A stretch of 64,000 nt of DNA from an uncultured Bacillales bacterium (GTDB lineage: Bacteria; Bacillota; Bacilli; Tepidibacillales; Tepidibacillaceae), in contig CAZWWX010000005.1 in the NCBI GenBank assembly GCA_964637775.1, positions 18,277-82,276 of the forward strand. The letters are read 5' to 3'. This document shows, piece after piece, positions 37,314-50,886 of this stretch. The translations under genes were made by a program, and so were the position numbers. Under the pieces are notes generated by a model that had not been told where the DNA came from, ran no database searches, and was given only the letters and a program-made list of their open reading frames with translations. Position 1 is the stretch's first letter. Every line of letters begins with the position of its first letter.

Positions 37314-37811
37314 CTATCCTAACAGCTCTTCAACAGATTTGCCGCGAAGCTTAGCAACCTCTTCAGCACGTTTAAGCTCAGTTAAGCCTGTAATAGTCGC
37401 ATTAACCATGCTCATCGCATTTGAAGAACCTAACGATTTAGTTAAAATATCTTCAATCCCCGCTAATTCAAGCACCGCACGTACAGGTCCGCCGGCAATA
37501 ACTCCGGTACCTTCAGATGCTGGTTTTAGAAACACCCTACCTGCTCCGTAGATTCCATAAATCTCATGGGGAATTGTTGTCCCAACGATCGGAACTTGAA
37601 TCAAGTTTTTCTTCGCATCTTCAATACCTTTTCTTATCGCATCAGGAACCTCAGAAGCTTTACCAAGCCCTGCTCCTACATATCCGTTTTTATCACCAAC
37701 AACTACCAGCGCACTGAAGCTAAAGCGTCTACCGCCCTTAACAACCTTGGCAACACGGTTGATGTGAACCACCTTTTCTTCTAATTCAAGTGTGTTTGGA
37801 TCAATATGCAT
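37314..37811 (-). CDS. rpsE: 30S ribosomal protein S5
   Basis: [36 protein letters not shown]. Confidence 0.97.
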   Translation of the reverse strand: MHIDPNTLELEEKVVHINRVAKVVKGGRRFSFSALVVVGDKNGYVGAGLGKASEVPDAIRKGIEDAKKNLIQVPIVGTTIPHEIYGIYGAGRVFLKPASEGTGVIAGGPVRAVLELAGIEDILTKSLGSSNAMSMVNATITGLTELKRAEEVAKLRGKSVEELLG

Positions 37812-37835
37812 CTTTTTCCCTCCTTACTTGTCTGG

Positions 37836-38204
37836 CTAGAATTGAAGTCCATTCTCACGCGCAGAGTCAGCCAGTGCTTTAACTCTTCCGTGGTATAAAT
37901 AACCGCTACGGTCAAAAACTACACTTTTATAACCTTTCGCAACAGCTTTTTTAGCAATCGCTTCACCAACAAGTTTAGCAGCTTCGACGTTCCCGCCGTT
38001 TTTAAATTTACCTTTAAGCTCTTCATCTAATGTTGAAGCTGACACTAAAGTGTTGTGATTAATATCATCAATAAGCTGTGCGTACATATGTTTAGAAGAA
38101 CGAAACACGTTTAAACGTGGTCTCTCCAATGTACCATATAAATTTTTTCTGATTCTAAGATGTCTTTTTAGACGAATCTTATTTTTATCTTCTTTTTTTA
38201 TCAA
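37836..38204 (-). CDS. rplR: 50S ribosomal protein L18
   Basis: [46 protein letters not shown]. Confidence 0.97.
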   Translation of the reverse strand: MIKKEDKNKIRLKRHLRIRKNLYGTLERPRLNVFRSSKHMYAQLIDDINHNTLVSASTLDEELKGKFKNGGNVEAAKLVGEAIAKKAVAKGYKSVVFDRSGYLYHGRVKALADSARENGLQF

Positions 38205-38235
38205 CCGGGTTCACTCCCTTCGTTACACTGAAACA

Positions 38236-38772
38236 TTATTTGCCTGTCTTACCAACTTTGCGGCGAATGTGTTCATTCGCGTATTTAATGCCTTTACCTT
38301 TATAAGGTTCAGGTTCACGTACTGAACGGATATTAGCAGCTATTGCGCCAACGCGTTCCTTATCGATTCCCTTAACAAGGATTTTATTATTATCGATAAC
38401 TTCAAGTTCTACACCTTTCTCAGGTGTAAATTCAACCGGATGTGAATAACCAACGCTAAGAGTAATCTTATCACCGGCTTGTAACACACGATAACCAACG
38501 CCAACTAATTCCAGTTTTTTCTCAAAACCTTTAGTTACGCCCTCTACCATGTTATTAAGCAAGCTTCTTGTTGTCCCATGTAATGAACGGTGATTTTTAT
38601 TATCAGTCGGTCTTTTCACAACAAGTTTACCTTCATCAATCTCTATTATCAAATCAGCATTAAAGGTTTTTGTAAGGGATCCCTTAGGTCCTTTAACAGT
38701 AATCTCAGAGCCCTTAATATCAACCTCTACTCCCTCAGGAATTACAATTGCTTCTTTTCCTATACGAGACAT
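38236..38772 (-). CDS. rplF: 50S ribosomal protein L6
   Basis: [38 protein letters not shown]. Confidence 0.97.
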   Translation of the reverse strand: MSRIGKEAIVIPEGVEVDIKGSEITVKGPKGSLTKTFNADLIIEIDEGKLVVKRPTDNKNHRSLHGTTRSLLNNMVEGVTKGFEKKLELVGVGYRVLQAGDKITLSVGYSHPVEFTPEKGVELEVIDNNKILVKGIDKERVGAIAANIRSVREPEPYKGKGIKYANEHIRRKVGKTGK

Positions 38773-38801
38773 TCTTACACCTCCATTCGGATTTAAGTTT
38801 A

Positions 38802-39200
38802 TTACCAGATGTACGCAAGTACTTCTCCACCGGTCTTTTTGTTGCGTGCCTCTTTGTCAGTTAGAACACCTTGTGATGTTGAAATAATTGCAATACCGAG
38901 TCCTCCAAGTACCTTAGGTATCTCAGTGCTTTTCGCATAAACTCTTAATCCTGGCTTGCTTATTCTTTTTAAACCTGTAATTACTCTTTCATTATTCGGT
39001 CCATATTTCAGGAACACACGAATTATTCCTTGTTTAGTATCTTCTATATACTCAGCGTCTCGAATAAAGCCTTCACGCTTTAGAATCTCAGCAATTTCAC
39101 GTTTTACGTTAGATGCCGGAATTTCAACGATTTCATGGCGAACAATGTTCGCATTTCTTATTCGAGTTAACATATCTGCAATCGGATCTGTCATTGCCAT
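38802..39200 (-). CDS. rpsH: 30S ribosomal protein S8
   Basis: [52 protein letters not shown]. Confidence 0.97.
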   Translation of the reverse strand: MAMTDPIADMLTRIRNANIVRHEIVEIPASNVKREIAEILKREGFIRDAEYIEDTKQGIIRVFLKYGPNNERVITGLKRISKPGLRVYAKSTEIPKVLGGLGIAIISTSQGVLTDKEARNKKTGGEVLAYIW

Positions 39201-39228
39201 CTAAGTATCCTCCTTCCTTAGCTTGGAT

Positions 39229-39414
39229 TTACCAACTAGCTTTTTTTACTCCAGGAATTTGTCCTTGATTCGCAAGCTCACGCAAACAAATTCTACACAG
39301 TTTAAATTTACGTAAAACCGCATGTGGTCGTCCACAACGCTCGCAGCGTGTATATTCTCTTACTTTAAATTTTTGTGGACGCTTCTGCTTGGCAATCATT
39401 GATTTCTTGGCCAC
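39229..39414 (-). CDS. rpsN: 30S ribosomal protein S14 type Z (zinc-binding)
   Basis: 61 aa, [20 protein letters not shown]. Confidence 0.96.
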   Translation of the reverse strand: MAKKSMIAKQKRPQKFKVREYTRCERCGRPHAVLRKFKLCRICLRELANQGQIPGVKKASW

Positions 39415-39434
39415 TCTATTCCCTCCTCAAATGC

Positions 39435-39977
39435 TTATTTCTTAAACGGCATTCCTAATTGACTTAATAGTTCAAAGGCCTCTTCATCTGTCTTTGCAGT
39501 TGTTACAAAAACGACGTCCATTCCACGAATCTTGTCAATTTTGTCATAATCAATCTCCGGGAACATCAACTGTTCTTTTAAACCTAACGTGTAGTTTCCA
39601 CGTCCATCAAATGATTTACTTGAAACACCACGAAAGTCACGTACACGCGGTAAAGATAGGTTGACCAATTTATCGATAAAATGGTACATCCTTTCTCCGC
39701 GGAGCGTTACCTTCGCACCAATTGGCATGCCACCACGCAGCTTAAAACCGGCAATTGATTTTTTTGCACGTGTGATAACCGGTTTCTGACCGGCAATTAA
39801 CTGAATATCTGCTACAGCACTGTCAAGAATTTTAGTATTCTGAACAGCTTCACCAAGACCCATGTTGATAACAACTTTTTCAACACGCGGCACTTGCATA
39901 ACAGTTTTATAATTAAACTTTTTTATTAAAGCCGGTGTTATTTCACTAATATAACGTTCCTTTAATCTTGCCGCCAC
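39435..39977 (-). CDS. rplE: 50S ribosomal protein L5
   Basis: [20 protein letters not shown]... The ORF-track TTG at 40013 overlaps rplX. GGAAGGAGAG + 8 nt precedes GTG at 39977 (MAARLKERY). Confidence 0.96.
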   Translation of the reverse strand: MAARLKERYISEITPALIKKFNYKTVMQVPRVEKVVINMGLGEAVQNTKILDSAVADIQLIAGQKPVITRAKKSIAGFKLRGGMPIGAKVTLRGERMYHFIDKLVNLSLPRVRDFRGVSSKSFDGRGNYTLGLKEQLMFPEIDYDKIDKIRGMDVVFVTTAKTDEEAFELLSQLGMPFKK

Positions 39978-40002
39978 TGTTTTTACTCTCCTTCCAACCT
40001 GA

Positions 40003-40344
40003 CTACTTATCAATCACTTCGCCAGACTTTTTCGCATATCTTACTTTTTCACCATTATTCAAAAATTTAATGCCGATTTTAGTCGGTTCACCCGATTTCG
40101 GGTCAACAAGCATAACTTTTGAAGAATCGATTGGTGCTTCTTTATTCACTATTCCGCCCTGCGGGTTTTCTTTCGAAGGCTTGGAATGTCTTTTGATCAT
40201 GTTAATGCCCTCAACTAAAACCTTACCCTCTGTAGGGAGGACAAAAATTACTCTACCCTTTTTCCCTTTATCCTTACCACTGATAACAACAACGTTATCA
40301 CCCTTTTTAACGTGGATTTTGTGGACTTTTTTTAAGGATTTCAT
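40003..40344 (-). CDS. rplX: 50S ribosomal protein L24
   Basis: [26 protein letters not shown] motif. GAGGAGG precedes the ATG. Confidence 0.96.
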   Translation of the reverse strand: MKSLKKVHKIHVKKGDNVVVISGKDKGKKGRVIFVLPTEGKVLVEGINMIKRHSKPSKENPQGGIVNKEAPIDSSKVMLVDPKSGEPTKIGIKFLNNGEKVRYAKKSGEVIDK

Positions 40345-40368
40345 GGAAACACCTCCTCATAATAAAGA

Positions 40369-40737
40369 TTATATGACCTCAGGAGCCAGCGAGATTATTT
40401 TCATAAAATCTTTCTCCCTAAGTTCACGTGCAACCGGTCCGAAGATACGAGTGCCACGTGGGCTTTTATCTTCCTTAATAATTACAGCTGCATTTTCATC
40501 AAATTTTATATATGATCCGTCATCTCTACGAGCTCCCGTTTTCGTTCTAACGATTACTGCTTTGACAACGTCTCCCTTTTTAACAACGCCACCTGGTGTA
40601 GCCTCTTTAACTGAACATATAATTATGTCACCAATGTTGGCTACTTTTTTGCCGGAACCGCCGATTACTTTTATTGCCATAACTTTTTTAGCTCCGGAAT
40701 TGTCAGCAACGTTAAGCATTGTTTGGGTTTGTATCAT
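40369..40737 (-). CDS. rplN: 50S ribosomal protein L14
   Basis: [50 protein letters not shown]. Confidence 0.97.
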   Translation of the reverse strand: MIQTQTMLNVADNSGAKKVMAIKVIGGSGKKVANIGDIIICSVKEATPGGVVKKGDVVKAVIVRTKTGARRDDGSYIKFDENAAVIIKEDKSPRGTRIFGPVARELREKDFMKIISLAPEVI

Positions 40738-40776
40738 CTAATTTCCCTCCTTTGAGAACAGTTTGCCATGCTGTTA

Positions 40777-41043
40777 TTAAACTGTAACTGCCTCTTCCAA
40801 GATTTCTACCAGACGCCATCTCTTATCTTTCGAAAGTGGTCTAGTTTCAGCAATTTTAACAACATCACCGATCTTAGCTTGGTTATTCTCATCATGTGCC
40901 TTGTACTTTTTCGTATGTTTGATGTTTTTACCATAAAGTGAATGCTTTTTATAAGTTTCAATCGCGACAACGATTGTTTTGTCCATCTTGTCGCTTACAA
41001 CTTTACCTACTAATACTTTACGATTACTTAATACAGACATCAT
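40777..41043 (-). CDS. rpsQ: 30S ribosomal protein S17
   Basis: [47 protein letters not shown]. Confidence 0.96.
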   Translation of the reverse strand: MMSVLSNRKVLVGKVVSDKMDKTIVVAIETYKKHSLYGKNIKHTKKYKAHDENNQAKIGDVVKIAETRPLSKDKRWRLVEILEEAVTV

Positions 41044-41053
41044 CTAACCTCCT

Positions 41054-41254
41054 CTACCTATTGATCCCTAATTCGCGTTCGCGTAACACTGTATTAGCAC
41101 GCGCAATCGATTTTTTAACTGTCGGAATACGTGCAGTATTCTCCAGTTGACCCGTTGCTAATTGAAAACGGAGGTTAAACAACTCATCCTTATGTGCCTT
41201 GATTTTTTGTTCAATCTCAGCAGTGGTCATGTTTCTATATTCTTCAGCTTTCAT
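41054..41254 (-). CDS. rpmC: 50S ribosomal protein L29
   Basis: [43 protein letters not shown] at 41254 overlaps the rplP stop (AATGAAAGCTGA). The ORF-track GTG at 41266 is unlikely. Confidence 0.95.
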   Translation of the reverse strand: MKAEEYRNMTTAEIEQKIKAHKDELFNLRFQLATGQLENTARIPTVKKSIARANTVLRERELGINR

Positions 41255-41678
41255 TCGAGTCACCACCCACTTCTACACGCTTAACGAACTTCGTTTTAAT
41301 TGGCAGCTTATTAGATGCCAGACGCATCGCTTCGCGCGCTACTTCTTCCGTAACACCGGCAAGTTCAAACATAATCTTGCCAGGTTTTACAACTGCAACC
41401 CATTTCTCCGGGTTACCTTTACCGCTTCCCATCCTAACCTCTAACGGTTTTTGTGTAACCGGTTTATCCGGGAAAATTTTAATCCATACTTGTCCACCAC
41501 GTTTAATATATCTCGTCATCGCAATACGTGCCGCTTCTATCTGCCGGTTAGTAATCCATGCAGGCTCAAGTGCTTCCAGACCATATTCGCCGTAAGCAAC
41601 AGTAGTGCCGCCTTTGGCTCTGCCGCGCATTTTCCCGCGGAACTGTTTACGATATTTAACACGCTTTGGCATCAACAT
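41244..41678 (-). CDS. rplP: 50S ribosomal protein L16
   Basis: [43 protein letters not shown]. Confidence 0.97.
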   Translation of the reverse strand: MLMPKRVKYRKQFRGKMRGRAKGGTTVAYGEYGLEALEPAWITNRQIEAARIAMTRYIKRGGQVWIKIFPDKPVTQKPLEVRMGSGKGNPEKWVAVVKPGKIMFELAGVTEEVAREAMRLASNKLPIKTKFVKRVEVGGDSNES

Positions 41679-41680
41679 GA

Positions 41681-42343
41681 TTATCTGCCTCCTTCCTTAG
41701 CTTCCTTGTTCTTCGCCTCAGGAAGAACCTCCCCACGATATATCCAGACTTTAACGCCTAATAAACCATAGGTTGTTAATGCTTCTGCAGTACCATAATC
41801 AATATCAGCTCTTAATGTATGTAGAGGTACTGTTCCCTCGCTATAACCTTCACTACGCGCAATCTCAGCGCCGCCTAAACGACCGCTTACAAGTGTTTTA
41901 ATTCCAAGCCCGCCGGCACGCATTGTCCGTTGAATTGCTTGTTTCATCGCTCTACGATATGAAACCCGACGCTCAAGTTGTTGCGCAATACTCTCAGCAA
42001 CGATAGTCGCATTAAGTTCAGGATTCTTAATCTCAGCAATGTTAATATGAACTTTTTTATCAGTAAGGTCAGATAACATTTTACGAATGTTCTCAACCTC
42101 TTGTCCACCTTTACCAATAACCACTCCCGGCTTAGCAGTATGAATAGTTACATTTACACGATTAACTGCTCGCTCAATCTCGATGTGTGAAATTGCTGAA
42201 TCTGCTAAGCGTTCTTTAAGCAGCTTACGAATCTTAATGTCTTCTAACAATAAATCTGCATAGTTCTTGTCAGCGTACCATTTAGATTCCCAGTCGCGTA
42301 TTATACCTACTCTTAAACCAATTGGATTAACCTTTTGTCCCAA
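41681..42343 (-). CDS. rpsC: 30S ribosomal protein S3
   Basis: [26 protein letters not shown] domain..[10 protein letters not shown]. Confidence 0.97.
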   Translation of the reverse strand: MGQKVNPIGLRVGIIRDWESKWYADKNYADLLLEDIKIRKLLKERLADSAISHIEIERAVNRVNVTIHTAKPGVVIGKGGQEVENIRKMLSDLTDKKVHINIAEIKNPELNATIVAESIAQQLERRVSYRRAMKQAIQRTMRAGGLGIKTLVSGRLGGAEIARSEGYSEGTVPLHTLRADIDYGTAEALTTYGLLGVKVWIYRGEVLPEAKNKEAKEGGR

Positions 42344-42346
42344 GCT

Positions 42347-42691
42347 TTATCCCTCCTTCTTCTCTGTTAAGACAATCGTAATGTGACTTGTCCGCTTATT
42401 TATTCTGCTTGCGCGCCCTTGTGCTCTTGGACGAAAACGTTTCATCGTTGCGCCTTGGTTCGCATAAGCTTCACTTACAACTAATTTTGTCGGATCCATT
42501 TTGAAATTGTTCTCTGCGTTCGCAATTGCAGAGTTAAGTACTTTTTCAACTACCGGTGATGCTGCTTTTGGTGTCATCCGAAGAATTGCCAATGCCTCAC
42601 CAGCCTCTTTGCCTCGAATTAGGTCTACTACAAGACCGGCCTTACGAGGAGCGATCCGCACATGCTTTGCTACAGCTCTTGCTTGTTGCAT
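42347..42691 (-). CDS. rplV: 50S ribosomal protein L22
   Basis: [47 protein letters not shown]. Confidence 0.97.
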   Translation of the reverse strand: MQQARAVAKHVRIAPRKAGLVVDLIRGKEAGEALAILRMTPKAASPVVEKVLNSAIANAENNFKMDPTKLVVSEAYANQGATMKRFRPRAQGRASRINKRTSHITIVLTEKKEG

Positions 42692-42714
42692 TACTGTACC
42701 TCCTCTTTAGTCAA

Positions 42715-42990
42715 TTAACGTTTAGTCTTCTTATCGTCTACGTGTCCTTTATAAGTACGTGTTGGCGCAAACTCGCCAAGTTTGTGTCCTACCATATCCT
42801 CTGTTATATATATAGGTACATGCTTGCGTCCATCGTGTACTGCAATCGTGTGTCCAATATATTGCGGAAAAATTGTAGAGCGACGTGACCATGTTTTAAT
42901 TACTTTTTTCTCATTTTTTTCGTTTAACACTTCTATCTTATTTAACAAATGGCTATCTGCAAATGGGCCTTTCTTTAAACTACGTCCCAT
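42715..42990 (-). CDS. rpsS: 30S ribosomal protein S19
   Basis: [49 protein letters not shown]. Confidence 0.97.
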   Translation of the reverse strand: MGRSLKKGPFADSHLLNKIEVLNEKNEKKVIKTWSRRSTIFPQYIGHTIAVHDGRKHVPIYITEDMVGHKLGEFAPTRTYKGHVDDKKTKR

Positions 42991-43031
42991 ACAAATACCT
43001 CCCTTCTTGATGGTTTCTAACCAATACCACC

Positions 43032-43862
43032 CTATTTCTTACGTCCACGGATGATGTATTTATTGGATGCCTTAGTTTTCTTGCGAGTCTTGTACCCTAA
43101 AGTAGGTACTCCCCATGGTGTAACAGGTGATTTTCTACCGATTGGAGCTTTACCTTCACCACCACCATGTGGATGGTCAACCGGGTTCATAACAACACCG
43201 CGAACTGTAGGTCTTTTACCCATCCAGCGAGAACGGCCCGCTTTACCAATCGTAATGTTTTCGTGATCGGTATTGCCAACTTGTCCAATTGTCGCTTTGC
43301 ACTCCTTACGAAGCATTCGAACCTCACCTGAGCTAAGTCGAATCGTGATGTAGTCCTTATCCTTACCCAGTAACTGAGCTTCAGTACCGGCTGCTCTTGC
43401 AAGTTGTCCGCCTTTACCTGCTTTCATCTCAACATTGTGTACGATTGTACCAACAGGAATGTTTTCTAACGGTAATGCGTTACCAACTACGATATCTGCA
43501 TTCGGACCGGATTCAATCATGCTGCCAACCTTTAGTCCTTTAGGTGCGAGAATATATCTTTTTTCACCGTCAACATAATGGATTAAAGCGATGTTAGCCG
43601 AACGGTTTGGATCGTACTCAATTGTTGCTACGCGACCAGGTACTCCGTCTTTGTTCCTTTTAAAGTCGATAATTCTATATTGTCTCTTATGTCCGCCGCC
43701 TTGGTGCCGAACAGTAACTCTACCCTGATTATTTCGACCGGCCTTTTTGTGCAAAGGCGCAAGTAGTGACTTTTCCGGTGTATTTGTAGTAATTTCTTCG
43801 AACGTAAGACCAGACATTCCGCGTCTACCGCTTGTTGTCGGTTTATAATGTTTAATCGCCAT
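43032..43862 (-). CDS. rplB: 50S ribosomal protein L2
   Basis: [42 protein letters not shown]. Confidence 0.97.
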   Translation of the reverse strand: MAIKHYKPTTSGRRGMSGLTFEEITTNTPEKSLLAPLHKKAGRNNQGRVTVRHQGGGHKRQYRIIDFKRNKDGVPGRVATIEYDPNRSANIALIHYVDGEKRYILAPKGLKVGSMIESGPNADIVVGNALPLENIPVGTIVHNVEMKAGKGGQLARAAGTEAQLLGKDKDYITIRLSSGEVRMLRKECKATIGQVGNTDHENITIGKAGRSRWMGKRPTVRGVVMNPVDHPHGGGEGKAPIGRKSPVTPWGVPTLGYKTRKKTKASNKYIIRGRKK

Positions 43863-43887
43863 TTTCAGTCCCCTCCTTTACAAATTC

Positions 43888-44175
43888 CTAAGCTTCAAAT
43901 AGCTCGATTGATTTACTATCTTCAGTTAACGTAATAATCGCTTTTTTCCAGCTTCTAGTATAGCCAGAGTATCTGCCATATGTTTTCGGTTTAGCAGGCA
44001 TCTTGATAACATTTACCTTCGCTACTTTTACACCGAAAATTTCCTCTATTGCTTGTTTTACCTCTGTTTTGTTTGCTTTTTTATCTACTTCAAAAACGTA
44101 TTTGTTTACCGCCATAAAGTCACTGGTTTTCTCAGTAATAACAGGTTTTAGAATAATATCGCGAGGATTCTTCAT
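43888..44175 (-). CDS. rplW: 50S ribosomal protein L23
   Basis: [46 protein letters not shown]. Confidence 0.96.
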   Translation of the reverse strand: MKNPRDIILKPVITEKTSDFMAVNKYVFEVDKKANKTEVKQAIEEIFGVKVAKVNVIKMPAKPKTYGRYSGYTRSWKKAIITLTEDSKSIELFEA

Positions 44176-44798
44176 TATACTAGCACCTCCTCTATTCTTT
44201 CGACCGCTTCCTTGGTGATAATTAACTTATCATGGTACAGAAGGTCGAGAACATTAATCCCTTCAGCAGTTACAAATTTAACTCCCGGAAGATTTCTCAA
44301 TGAAAGGATTGCATTGTCGTTATAATCCTTATCAACAATCAGTACCTTTGTTTTAACATTTAACTTATCTAAAAGATTAACCATATTTTTAGTCTTAACT
44401 TCAGCAAAGTTAAGCTCGTTCAACACGATTATTTCGTTCTCAATTACTTTGCTTGATAAAGCAGACTTAAGCGCTAATCTTCTAACCTTTTTCGGTAATT
44501 TATATGCATAGCTTCTCGGTGTTGGGCCAAAAACTGTGCCGCCACCAACCCAGATTGGTGATCTTGTTGAACCAACGCGCGCACGGCCTGTGCCTTTTTG
44601 TCTCCACGGCTTACGTCCTCCGCCACTAACTTCAGAACGGTTCTTTACCTTATGTGTTCCTTGGCGAAGTGAAGCTTGTTGCATAACAACTGCGTCATGG
44701 AGAACTGCAGTGTTAGGTTCGATTCCAAAGATTGAATCTTTAAGATTTATCTTATCAATCTCTTTACCACTCATATCATATAAAGCTACTTTAGGCAT
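44175..44798 (-). CDS. rplD: 50S ribosomal protein L4
   Basis: [43 protein letters not shown]. Confidence 0.97.
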   Translation of the reverse strand: MPKVALYDMSGKEIDKINLKDSIFGIEPNTAVLHDAVVMQQASLRQGTHKVKNRSEVSGGGRKPWRQKGTGRARVGSTRSPIWVGGGTVFGPTPRSYAYKLPKKVRRLALKSALSSKVIENEIIVLNELNFAEVKTKNMVNLLDKLNVKTKVLIVDKDYNDNAILSLRNLPGVKFVTAEGINVLDLLYHDKLIITKEAVERIEEVLV

Positions 44799-44827
44799 AG
44801 CTGATCCTCCTTTCTCCCATTAACAGA

Positions 44828-45457
44828 TTATTTCTTCCGTTTAACGGCTTCTTTGATAATTATATAGCTGTTGTTAGCGCCGGGTACTGAACCTTTGATT
44901 AACAACATATCTCTTGCTTCATCAACTCGTACAACCTCAAGGTTCTGAATCGATACTCTCTCGCCGCCCATTCTGCCCGGTAATGGTCTACCCTTCAGAA
45001 CTCTAGCCGGATCGACAGCGCCTAACGAACCTACGCCACGGTGATAACGAGAACCATGTGCCATTGGCCCGCGTGATTGGTTATGTCTTTTGATAGAGCC
45101 TGCGAACCCCTTACCTTTACTAATTCCTACTACGTCAACCAGTTCGCCGTCAGTGAATATATCAGCTTTTAGTTGTTGACCAACTTCGTACTCCGCAAAT
45201 GTGCCACGGAGTTCTTTGACGAAGCGCTTAGGAGCTGTATCAGCTTTTTTGGTATGTCCAAGTTCAGGTTTAGTTGCGCGATGTTCTTTTTTATCATCGA
45301 ATCCAATTTGGATTGCATCGTATCCATCGTTCTCAACATTCTTCTTTTGGATAACAACGCATGGACCTGCTTGAACTATTGTTACAGGTATTGCTTTTCC
45401 ATCCTCGGCGAAAATTTGTGTCATTCCTAATTTTTTACCTAAGATTCCTTTACTCAT
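44828..45457 (-). CDS. rplC: 50S ribosomal protein L3
   Basis: [23 protein letters not shown] + 6 nt precedes ATG at 45457 (the ORF-track GTG at 45466 is in the SD). Confidence 0.97.
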   Translation of the reverse strand: MSKGILGKKLGMTQIFAEDGKAIPVTIVQAGPCVVIQKKNVENDGYDAIQIGFDDKKEHRATKPELGHTKKADTAPKRFVKELRGTFAEYEVGQQLKADIFTDGELVDVVGISKGKGFAGSIKRHNQSRGPMAHGSRYHRGVGSLGAVDPARVLKGRPLPGRMGGERVSIQNLEVVRVDEARDMLLIKGSVPGANNSYIIIKEAVKRKK

Positions 45458-45489
45458 ATTGGCCACCTCCTATTACATTTCATTTTTAG

Positions 45490-45810
<321 letters not shown>

Positions 45811-45937
45811 TTATCGTCTATTATTTTTAACAGACTTCTCCGTGAAAATTCCCCTAACCACGCGGTTTTATATGGCAATGCACCCGTGTGTGTCAGCAAC
45901 CTCTCACATCATCGCAAATCTTTTGACCAACGCAAAT

Positions 45938-45966
45938 ATTATATTAAATAAACTCTTTAAATGCAA
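45938..45966 (-). promoter_or_regulatory. S10-operon promoter (TTGCAT-17-TATAAT)
   Basis: Minus strand cccTTGCATttaaagagtttatttaaTATAAT, about 135 nt upstream of the rpsJ ATG. Leaves a long 5' leader of unknown structure. Confidence 0.6.
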
Positions 45967-46088
45967 GGGTTATTTTAAAATTAAGATGCCGGTAAACACA
46001 TGGAAAGACCGCCAAAGTTTCCTTCAACGGTCTTGATTCCTGTTTAATTAGAGTGTTACTCGATTATTACTCCGTAGCTAATCTTAAA

Positions 46089-47279
46089 CTACTTTGTAAT
46101 TGTCGCAACAACACCGGCACCAACAGTTCTACCACCTTCACGAATAGCAAAACGAGTTCCTTCTTCGATTGCGATTGGTGCAATAAGTTTAACTTTGATT
46201 GTAATGTTGTCGCCAGGCATTACCATCTCAACTCCATCAGGTAACTCAATAACACCAGTTACGTCAGTAGTACGGAAGTAGAATTGCGGACGGTAGTTGC
46301 TGAAGAATGGAGTATGACGTCCACCCTCTTCTTTAGACAATACATAAATCTCAGCATTAAATTCTGTATGAGGTTTAACTGAGCCCGGTTTAGTTAAAAC
46401 TTGTCCACGCTCAATTTCTTTACGGTCCACTCCGCGAAGTAGCAAACCAACGTTATCGCCTGCTTGTGCTTGGTCAAGTAGTTTACGGAACATTTCAACT
46501 CCCGTACAAACAGTTTTTCTTGTCTGATCAGCAAGACCAACAATCTCAACCTCGTCACCAACTTTGATAACTCCACGCTCAACACGACCGGTTGCAACAG
46601 TACCACGACCGGTAATTGTGAAAACATCCTCTACAGGCATTAAGAAAGGTTTGTCAACTTCACGAACCGGATCAGGGATATAAGAATCAACTGCATCCAT
46701 TAATTCGCCAATTGCGTTAGCCCATTCGCTGTCAGGGTTTTCAAGAGCTTTAAGCGCTGAACCTCTAATAATTGGTGTATCATCACCGGGGAATTCGTAT
46801 TCGCTAAGTAGTTCGCGAATTTCCATTTCAACCAATTCCAGTAGTTCTTCGTCGTCAACCATATCAACTTTGTTCATGAAAACAACGATGTATGGTACGC
46901 CAACTTGGCGTGAAAGAACGATATGCTCACGAGTTTGTGGCATCGGGCCGTCAGCAGCCGATACAACCAGGATCGCGCCGTCCATTTGTGCAGCACCGGT
47001 GATCATGTTTTTAACATAGTCAGCATGGCCTGGGCAGTCAACGTGTGCATAGTGACGTTTTGCAGTCTCATACTCAACGTGTGAAGTTGAAATCGTAATA
47101 CCACGTTCTCTCTCCTCAGGTGCTTTGTCGATTTGATCATAGCCGGTGGCTTTTGATCCTCCGGTTTTTGCAAGTACAGTTGTAATTGCAGCTGTTAAAG
47201 TTGTTTTACCATGGTCAACGTGACCGATAGTACCTACGTTAACATGTGTTTTGTTACGTTCAAATTTTTGTTTAGCCAT
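46089..47279 (-). CDS. tuf: elongation factor Tu
   Basis: [46 protein letters not shown]. Confidence 0.98.
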   Translation of the reverse strand: MAKQKFERNKTHVNVGTIGHVDHGKTTLTAAITTVLAKTGGSKATGYDQIDKAPEERERGITISTSHVEYETAKRHYAHVDCPGHADYVKNMITGAAQMDGAILVVSAADGPMPQTREHIVLSRQVGVPYIVVFMNKVDMVDDEELLELVEMEIRELLSEYEFPGDDTPIIRGSALKALENPDSEWANAIGELMDAVDSYIPDPVREVDKPFLMPVEDVFTITGRGTVATGRVERGVIKVGDEVEIVGLADQTRKTVCTGVEMFRKLLDQAQAGDNVGLLLRGVDRKEIERGQVLTKPGSVKPHTEFNAEIYVLSKEEGGRHTPFFSNYRPQFYFRTTDVTGVIELPDGVEMVMPGDNITIKVKLIAPIAIEEGTRFAIREGGRTVGAGVVATITK

Positions 47280-47395
47280 TTAATATATCCTCCTTAACAC
47301 TTCTTTATTATTATATTTAGCCTCACTACTTCCATTATACTATCTATTATAATCGTAGTGAGAAATATTTCAATTGTTACCTGTTAAAATCAGCA

Positions 47396-49468
47396 TTAAC
47401 CTTGTTGTTTTGCAATGATCGTTTCAGAAATATGTTTTGGCACCTCTTCGTAACCATCGAATTGCATCGAATAGTTTCCGCGTCCTTGTGTATTAGAACG
47501 AAGCGAGGTCGCATAGCCAAACATCTCTGAAAGTGGTACTAATGCATGTACGCTTTGAGCACCGGCATTAGCGCCCATACCCTCAATTCTTCCGCGACGA
47601 GAGCTTAGATCTCCCATTACATCACCCATGTACTCTTCAGGTACTGTAACTTCAACCTTCATCACCGGTTCAAGAATTACCGGATTACATTTGCTCTTCG
47701 CAGCTTTAAGTGCCATTGAACCGGCAATCTTAAATGCCATCTCCGAGGAGTCAACATCGTGGTAAGAACCATCAAAGATTGTCGCTTTAAAATCGATTAG
47801 TGGATAACCTGCAAGAATACCGTTAAGTGCTGAATCTACAATTCCGGCTTGTACTGCCGGAATATATTCACGCGGAACAACTCCGCCAACAATCTTGTTT
47901 TCGAATTCGAATCCTTTACCTTTTTCAAGCGGTGCAAATTCAATCCATACGTGACCGTATTGGCCGCGTCCACCAGATTGTCTAACGAATTTACCCTCAA
48001 CTTGCGCTGTAGTGCGAATCGTCTCTTTATAAGCAACCTGTGGAGCACCTACATTAGCCTCTACCTTAAACTCGCGTTTCAAGCGGTCAACGATTACATC
48101 AAGATGTAGCTCTCCCATCCCTGCAATAATCGTTTGTCCGGTTTCTTCATCAGTATGAGTTTTAAAAGTCGGATCCTCTTCGGCAAGTTTTGAAAGGGCA
48201 ATACCCATTTTGTCTTGGTCCATCTTAGTTTTCGGTTCTACCGACAAACGAATAACAGGCTCAGGAAAGTCCATTGATTCTAAAATAATCGGGTGTTTCT
48301 CATCGCACAAGGTATCGCCTGTGCCTGTGTCCTTAAGACCGACACCTGCAGCTATATCGCCTGAGAAAACCTTGCTAATCTCTTCCCTATGGTTCGCATG
48401 CATCTCAAGGATACGACCGATTCTCTCACGTTTACCCTTAGATGAATTCAAAACATATGAACCTGAATCTAATGTTCCGGAATAAACACGGAAAAACGTT
48501 AATTTCCCTACATAAGGGTCTGTCATTACTTTAAAAGCAAGTGCAGAAAACGGTGCTTTATCATCCGAATGTCTGTCAGCATCCTCACCTTTTGGTGTGG
48601 TACCTTTAATTGCCGGTACATCCAGCGGGCTTGGAAGATAATCGATAACCGCGTCAAGCATTCTCTGAACACCTTTGTTTTTGTAAGCTGAACCGCATAC
48701 TACCGGAAATATTTGTACTGAAAGCGTTCCTTTACGAAGAGCTTGAACAATCTCCTCATTCGTAATCTCTTCACCTTCTAAATACTTCATCATTAGGTCT
48801 TCGTCAATCTCAGCAACAGCTTCGACTAAATTATTTCGCCATTCCTCTGCGAGTTCACGGTATTCCTCTGCAATCGGTTGGATTTCAGTGGTATTACCTA
48901 AATCATCAGTATAGTAATATGATTCCATCTTGATAAGGTCAATTATTCCTACAAACTTGTCCTCAGCTCCGATTGGCAATTGGATTGGAACAGGGTTAGC
49001 CTTTAAGCGATCAATAATAGTTTGCACCGCATTTAAAAAATCAGCTCCCGTTTTGTCCATCTTGTTAACAAAGATAATTCTTGGAACACCATACGTTGTA
49101 GCCTGGCGCCAAACAGTCTCTGTTTGCGGTTCAACACCACTCTTAGCATCTAGTACTGTAACTGCTCCATCCAAAACACGTAATGAACGTTCAACCTCAA
49201 CAGTAAAGTCTACGTGACCCGGGGTATCAATAATATTTATACGATAACCCTTCCACTGTGCTGTTGTTGCAGCTGAGGTGATTGTAATCCCACGTTCTTG
49301 TTCTTGCTCCATCCAGTCCATTGTTGCTGCACCCTCATGTGTCTCACCCATTTTGTGAGTGCGACCGGTATAGTAGAGAATGCGCTCCGTTGTTGTCGTT
49401 TTGCCGGCATCGATGTGAGCCATTATCCCAATATTACGTGTATTTTGTAGGGAGAATTTTCTGTCCAT
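47396..49468 (-). CDS. fusA: elongation factor G
   Basis: [46 protein letters not shown]. Confidence 0.98.
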   Translation of the reverse strand: MDRKFSLQNTRNIGIMAHIDAGKTTTTERILYYTGRTHKMGETHEGAATMDWMEQEQERGITITSAATTAQWKGYRINIIDTPGHVDFTVEVERSLRVLDGAVTVLDAKSGVEPQTETVWRQATTYGVPRIIFVNKMDKTGADFLNAVQTIIDRLKANPVPIQLPIGAEDKFVGIIDLIKMESYYYTDDLGNTTEIQPIAEEYRELAEEWRNNLVEAVAEIDEDLMMKYLEGEEITNEEIVQALRKGTLSVQIFPVVCGSAYKNKGVQRMLDAVIDYLPSPLDVPAIKGTTPKGEDADRHSDDKAPFSALAFKVMTDPYVGKLTFFRVYSGTLDSGSYVLNSSKGKRERIGRILEMHANHREEISKVFSGDIAAGVGLKDTGTGDTLCDEKHPIILESMDFPEPVIRLSVEPKTKMDQDKMGIALSKLAEEDPTFKTHTDEETGQTIIAGMGELHLDVIVDRLKREFKVEANVGAPQVAYKETIRTTAQVEGKFVRQSGGRGQYGHVWIEFAPLEKGKGFEFENKIVGGVVPREYIPAVQAGIVDSALNGILAGYPLIDFKATIFDGSYHDVDSSEMAFKIAGSMALKAAKSKCNPVILEPVMKVEVTVPEEYMGDVMGDLSSRRGRIEGMGANAGAQSVHALVPLSEMFGYATSLRSNTQGRGNYSMQFDGYEEVPKHISETIIAKQQG

Positions 49469-49501
49469 ATTTATTTATCCCCTCTTACTTTCTATAAAAT
49501 A

Positions 49502-49972
49502 TTACCAGCGATAATGAGCAAATGCTTTGTTCGCTTCCGCCATCTTATGTGTATCTTCTCTCTTTTTAACAGATGAACCAGTATTATTAGCAGCATCCAT
49601 TATCTCGCCAGCAAGTCTTTCTTCCATCGTTTTCTCACCACGAAGTCTTGAATAATTAACCAACCAACGTAAACCAAGAGTTGTTCTTCTCTCAGGCCTA
49701 ACTTCAATTGGCACTTGATAGTTCGCACCACCTACACGGCGAGCTTTAACTTCAAGAACAGGCATAATATTCTTCATTGCCTCATCGAAAACTTCCATTG
49801 GGTCCTTGCCGGTTTTCTCTCTAATTATGTTAAATGCATTATATAAAATCTGTTGAGAAACGCTCTTTTTACCATCTACCATCATACCATTGATTAAGCG
49901 CGTAACAAGTTTGCTATTGTATAGCGGATCAGGCAAAACGTCTCTTCTTGTAACAGGTCCTTTGCGCGGCAT
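49502..49972 (-). CDS. rpsG: 30S ribosomal protein S7
   Basis: [48 protein letters not shown]. Confidence 0.97.
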   Translation of the reverse strand: MPRKGPVTRRDVLPDPLYNSKLVTRLINGMMVDGKKSVSQQILYNAFNIIREKTGKDPMEVFDEAMKNIMPVLEVKARRVGGANYQVPIEVRPERRTTLGLRWLVNYSRLRGEKTMEERLAGEIMDAANNTGSSVKKREDTHKMAEANKAFAHYRW

Positions 49973-50022
49973 AGTATCTCCTCCTTTATATATTTTTCAT
50001 CTATGTTTTTAATTATCATAAA

Positions 50023-50442
50023 TTAGTTGGAAACTTTAGGTCTTTTCGTTCCATATTTAGAACGAGCTTGTGCTCTCTTCTGAACTCCGGCTGTATCAAG
50101 TGCACCACGTACAATGTGATATCTAACACCCGGCAAGTCTTTAATACGTCCACCACGTACAAGTACAACACTATGTTCTTGTAAGTTATGTCCAATACCG
50201 GGGATATACGCAGTTACCTCAATTCCGTTAGTTAAACGTACACGAGCATATTTACGCAAAGCAGAGTTTGGTTTTTTCGGTGTCATCGTACCTACACGCG
50301 TGCAAACACCACGTTTCTGTGGAGAACTTTGCTCGGTGAACTCTTTTTGGAAGCTATTATAGCCTTTTTGAAGAGCCGGTGAAGATGATTTCGTAACTTT
50401 ACTCTTTCTACCCTTACGAATTAATTGATTAATTGTTGGCAT
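50023..50442 (-). CDS. rpsL: 30S ribosomal protein S12
   Basis: [40 protein letters not shown] + 6 nt precedes ATG at 50442. Confidence 0.97.
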   Translation of the reverse strand: MPTINQLIRKGRKSKVTKSSSPALQKGYNSFQKEFTEQSSPQKRGVCTRVGTMTPKKPNSALRKYARVRLTNGIEVTAYIPGIGHNLQEHSVVLVRGGRIKDLPGVRYHIVRGALDTAGVQKRAQARSKYGTKRPKVSN

Positions 50443-50557
50443 CAAAGCCACCTCCTTCCATTGTTTTAAGCACACAGTTCCGGGTGGTTCATATTAGTGT
50501 AAAATAAATTGCACGATAATAGCTTGATAATCGCTATCCAGCTATTATCGGCAATCA

Positions 50558-50806
50558 TTACTTCAATATGGCAACCGTCGCTGCGCCAACTTCAATGCCA
50601 CTAGTTTTCCCAAGCTTTTTCATTGAATCAACATAGGAAACTTCAACGGCTTTTTCTTGACTCAGACTTACAATTTTCGTTGTGTAACGTGGATCAGCAT
50701 CCTTCGCTACAATAACCTCTGCAGCCTTTCCCTGTTCAAGCGCCTTTATCGTTTGCTTAATTCCAACAGAGATGCTTTCAGCCTGCTTCACTTTTTCATA
50801 AGACAT
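50558..50806 (-). CDS. ribosome-associated L7Ae/L30e-family protein (YbxF-like)
   Basis: [35 protein letters not shown]. Conserved slot between rpoC and rpsL. GGAGGA + 7 nt precedes ATG at 50806. Confidence 0.85.
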   Translation of the reverse strand: MSYEKVKQAESISVGIKQTIKALEQGKAAEVIVAKDADPRYTTKIVSLSQEKAVEVSYVDSMKKLGKTSGIEVGAATVAILK

Positions 50807-50886
50807 CTGATTATCCTCCAAAGTACAGGTGTTTTTTTCACCTAAAATAGATTAACACCATTTAAATGCTCTGTCAACAGTAAATT

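Noticed and set aside
39968-40741. 257-aa plus-strand ORF, the longest unexplained ORF in the track
   Set aside because: It lies exactly antisense to rplE/rplX/rplN. The protein is low-complexity (P/S/L/T/F-rich) with no recognisable motif or RBS. This is the typical shadow ORF opposite highly expressed, codon-biased genes.
46005-46034. Hairpin AAGACCG..CGGTCTT after tuf as a terminator
   Set aside because: The stem is only 7 bp with a 16-nt loop and no clear T-run on the minus strand. This is too weak to annotate, although some termination before the S10 promoter is expected.
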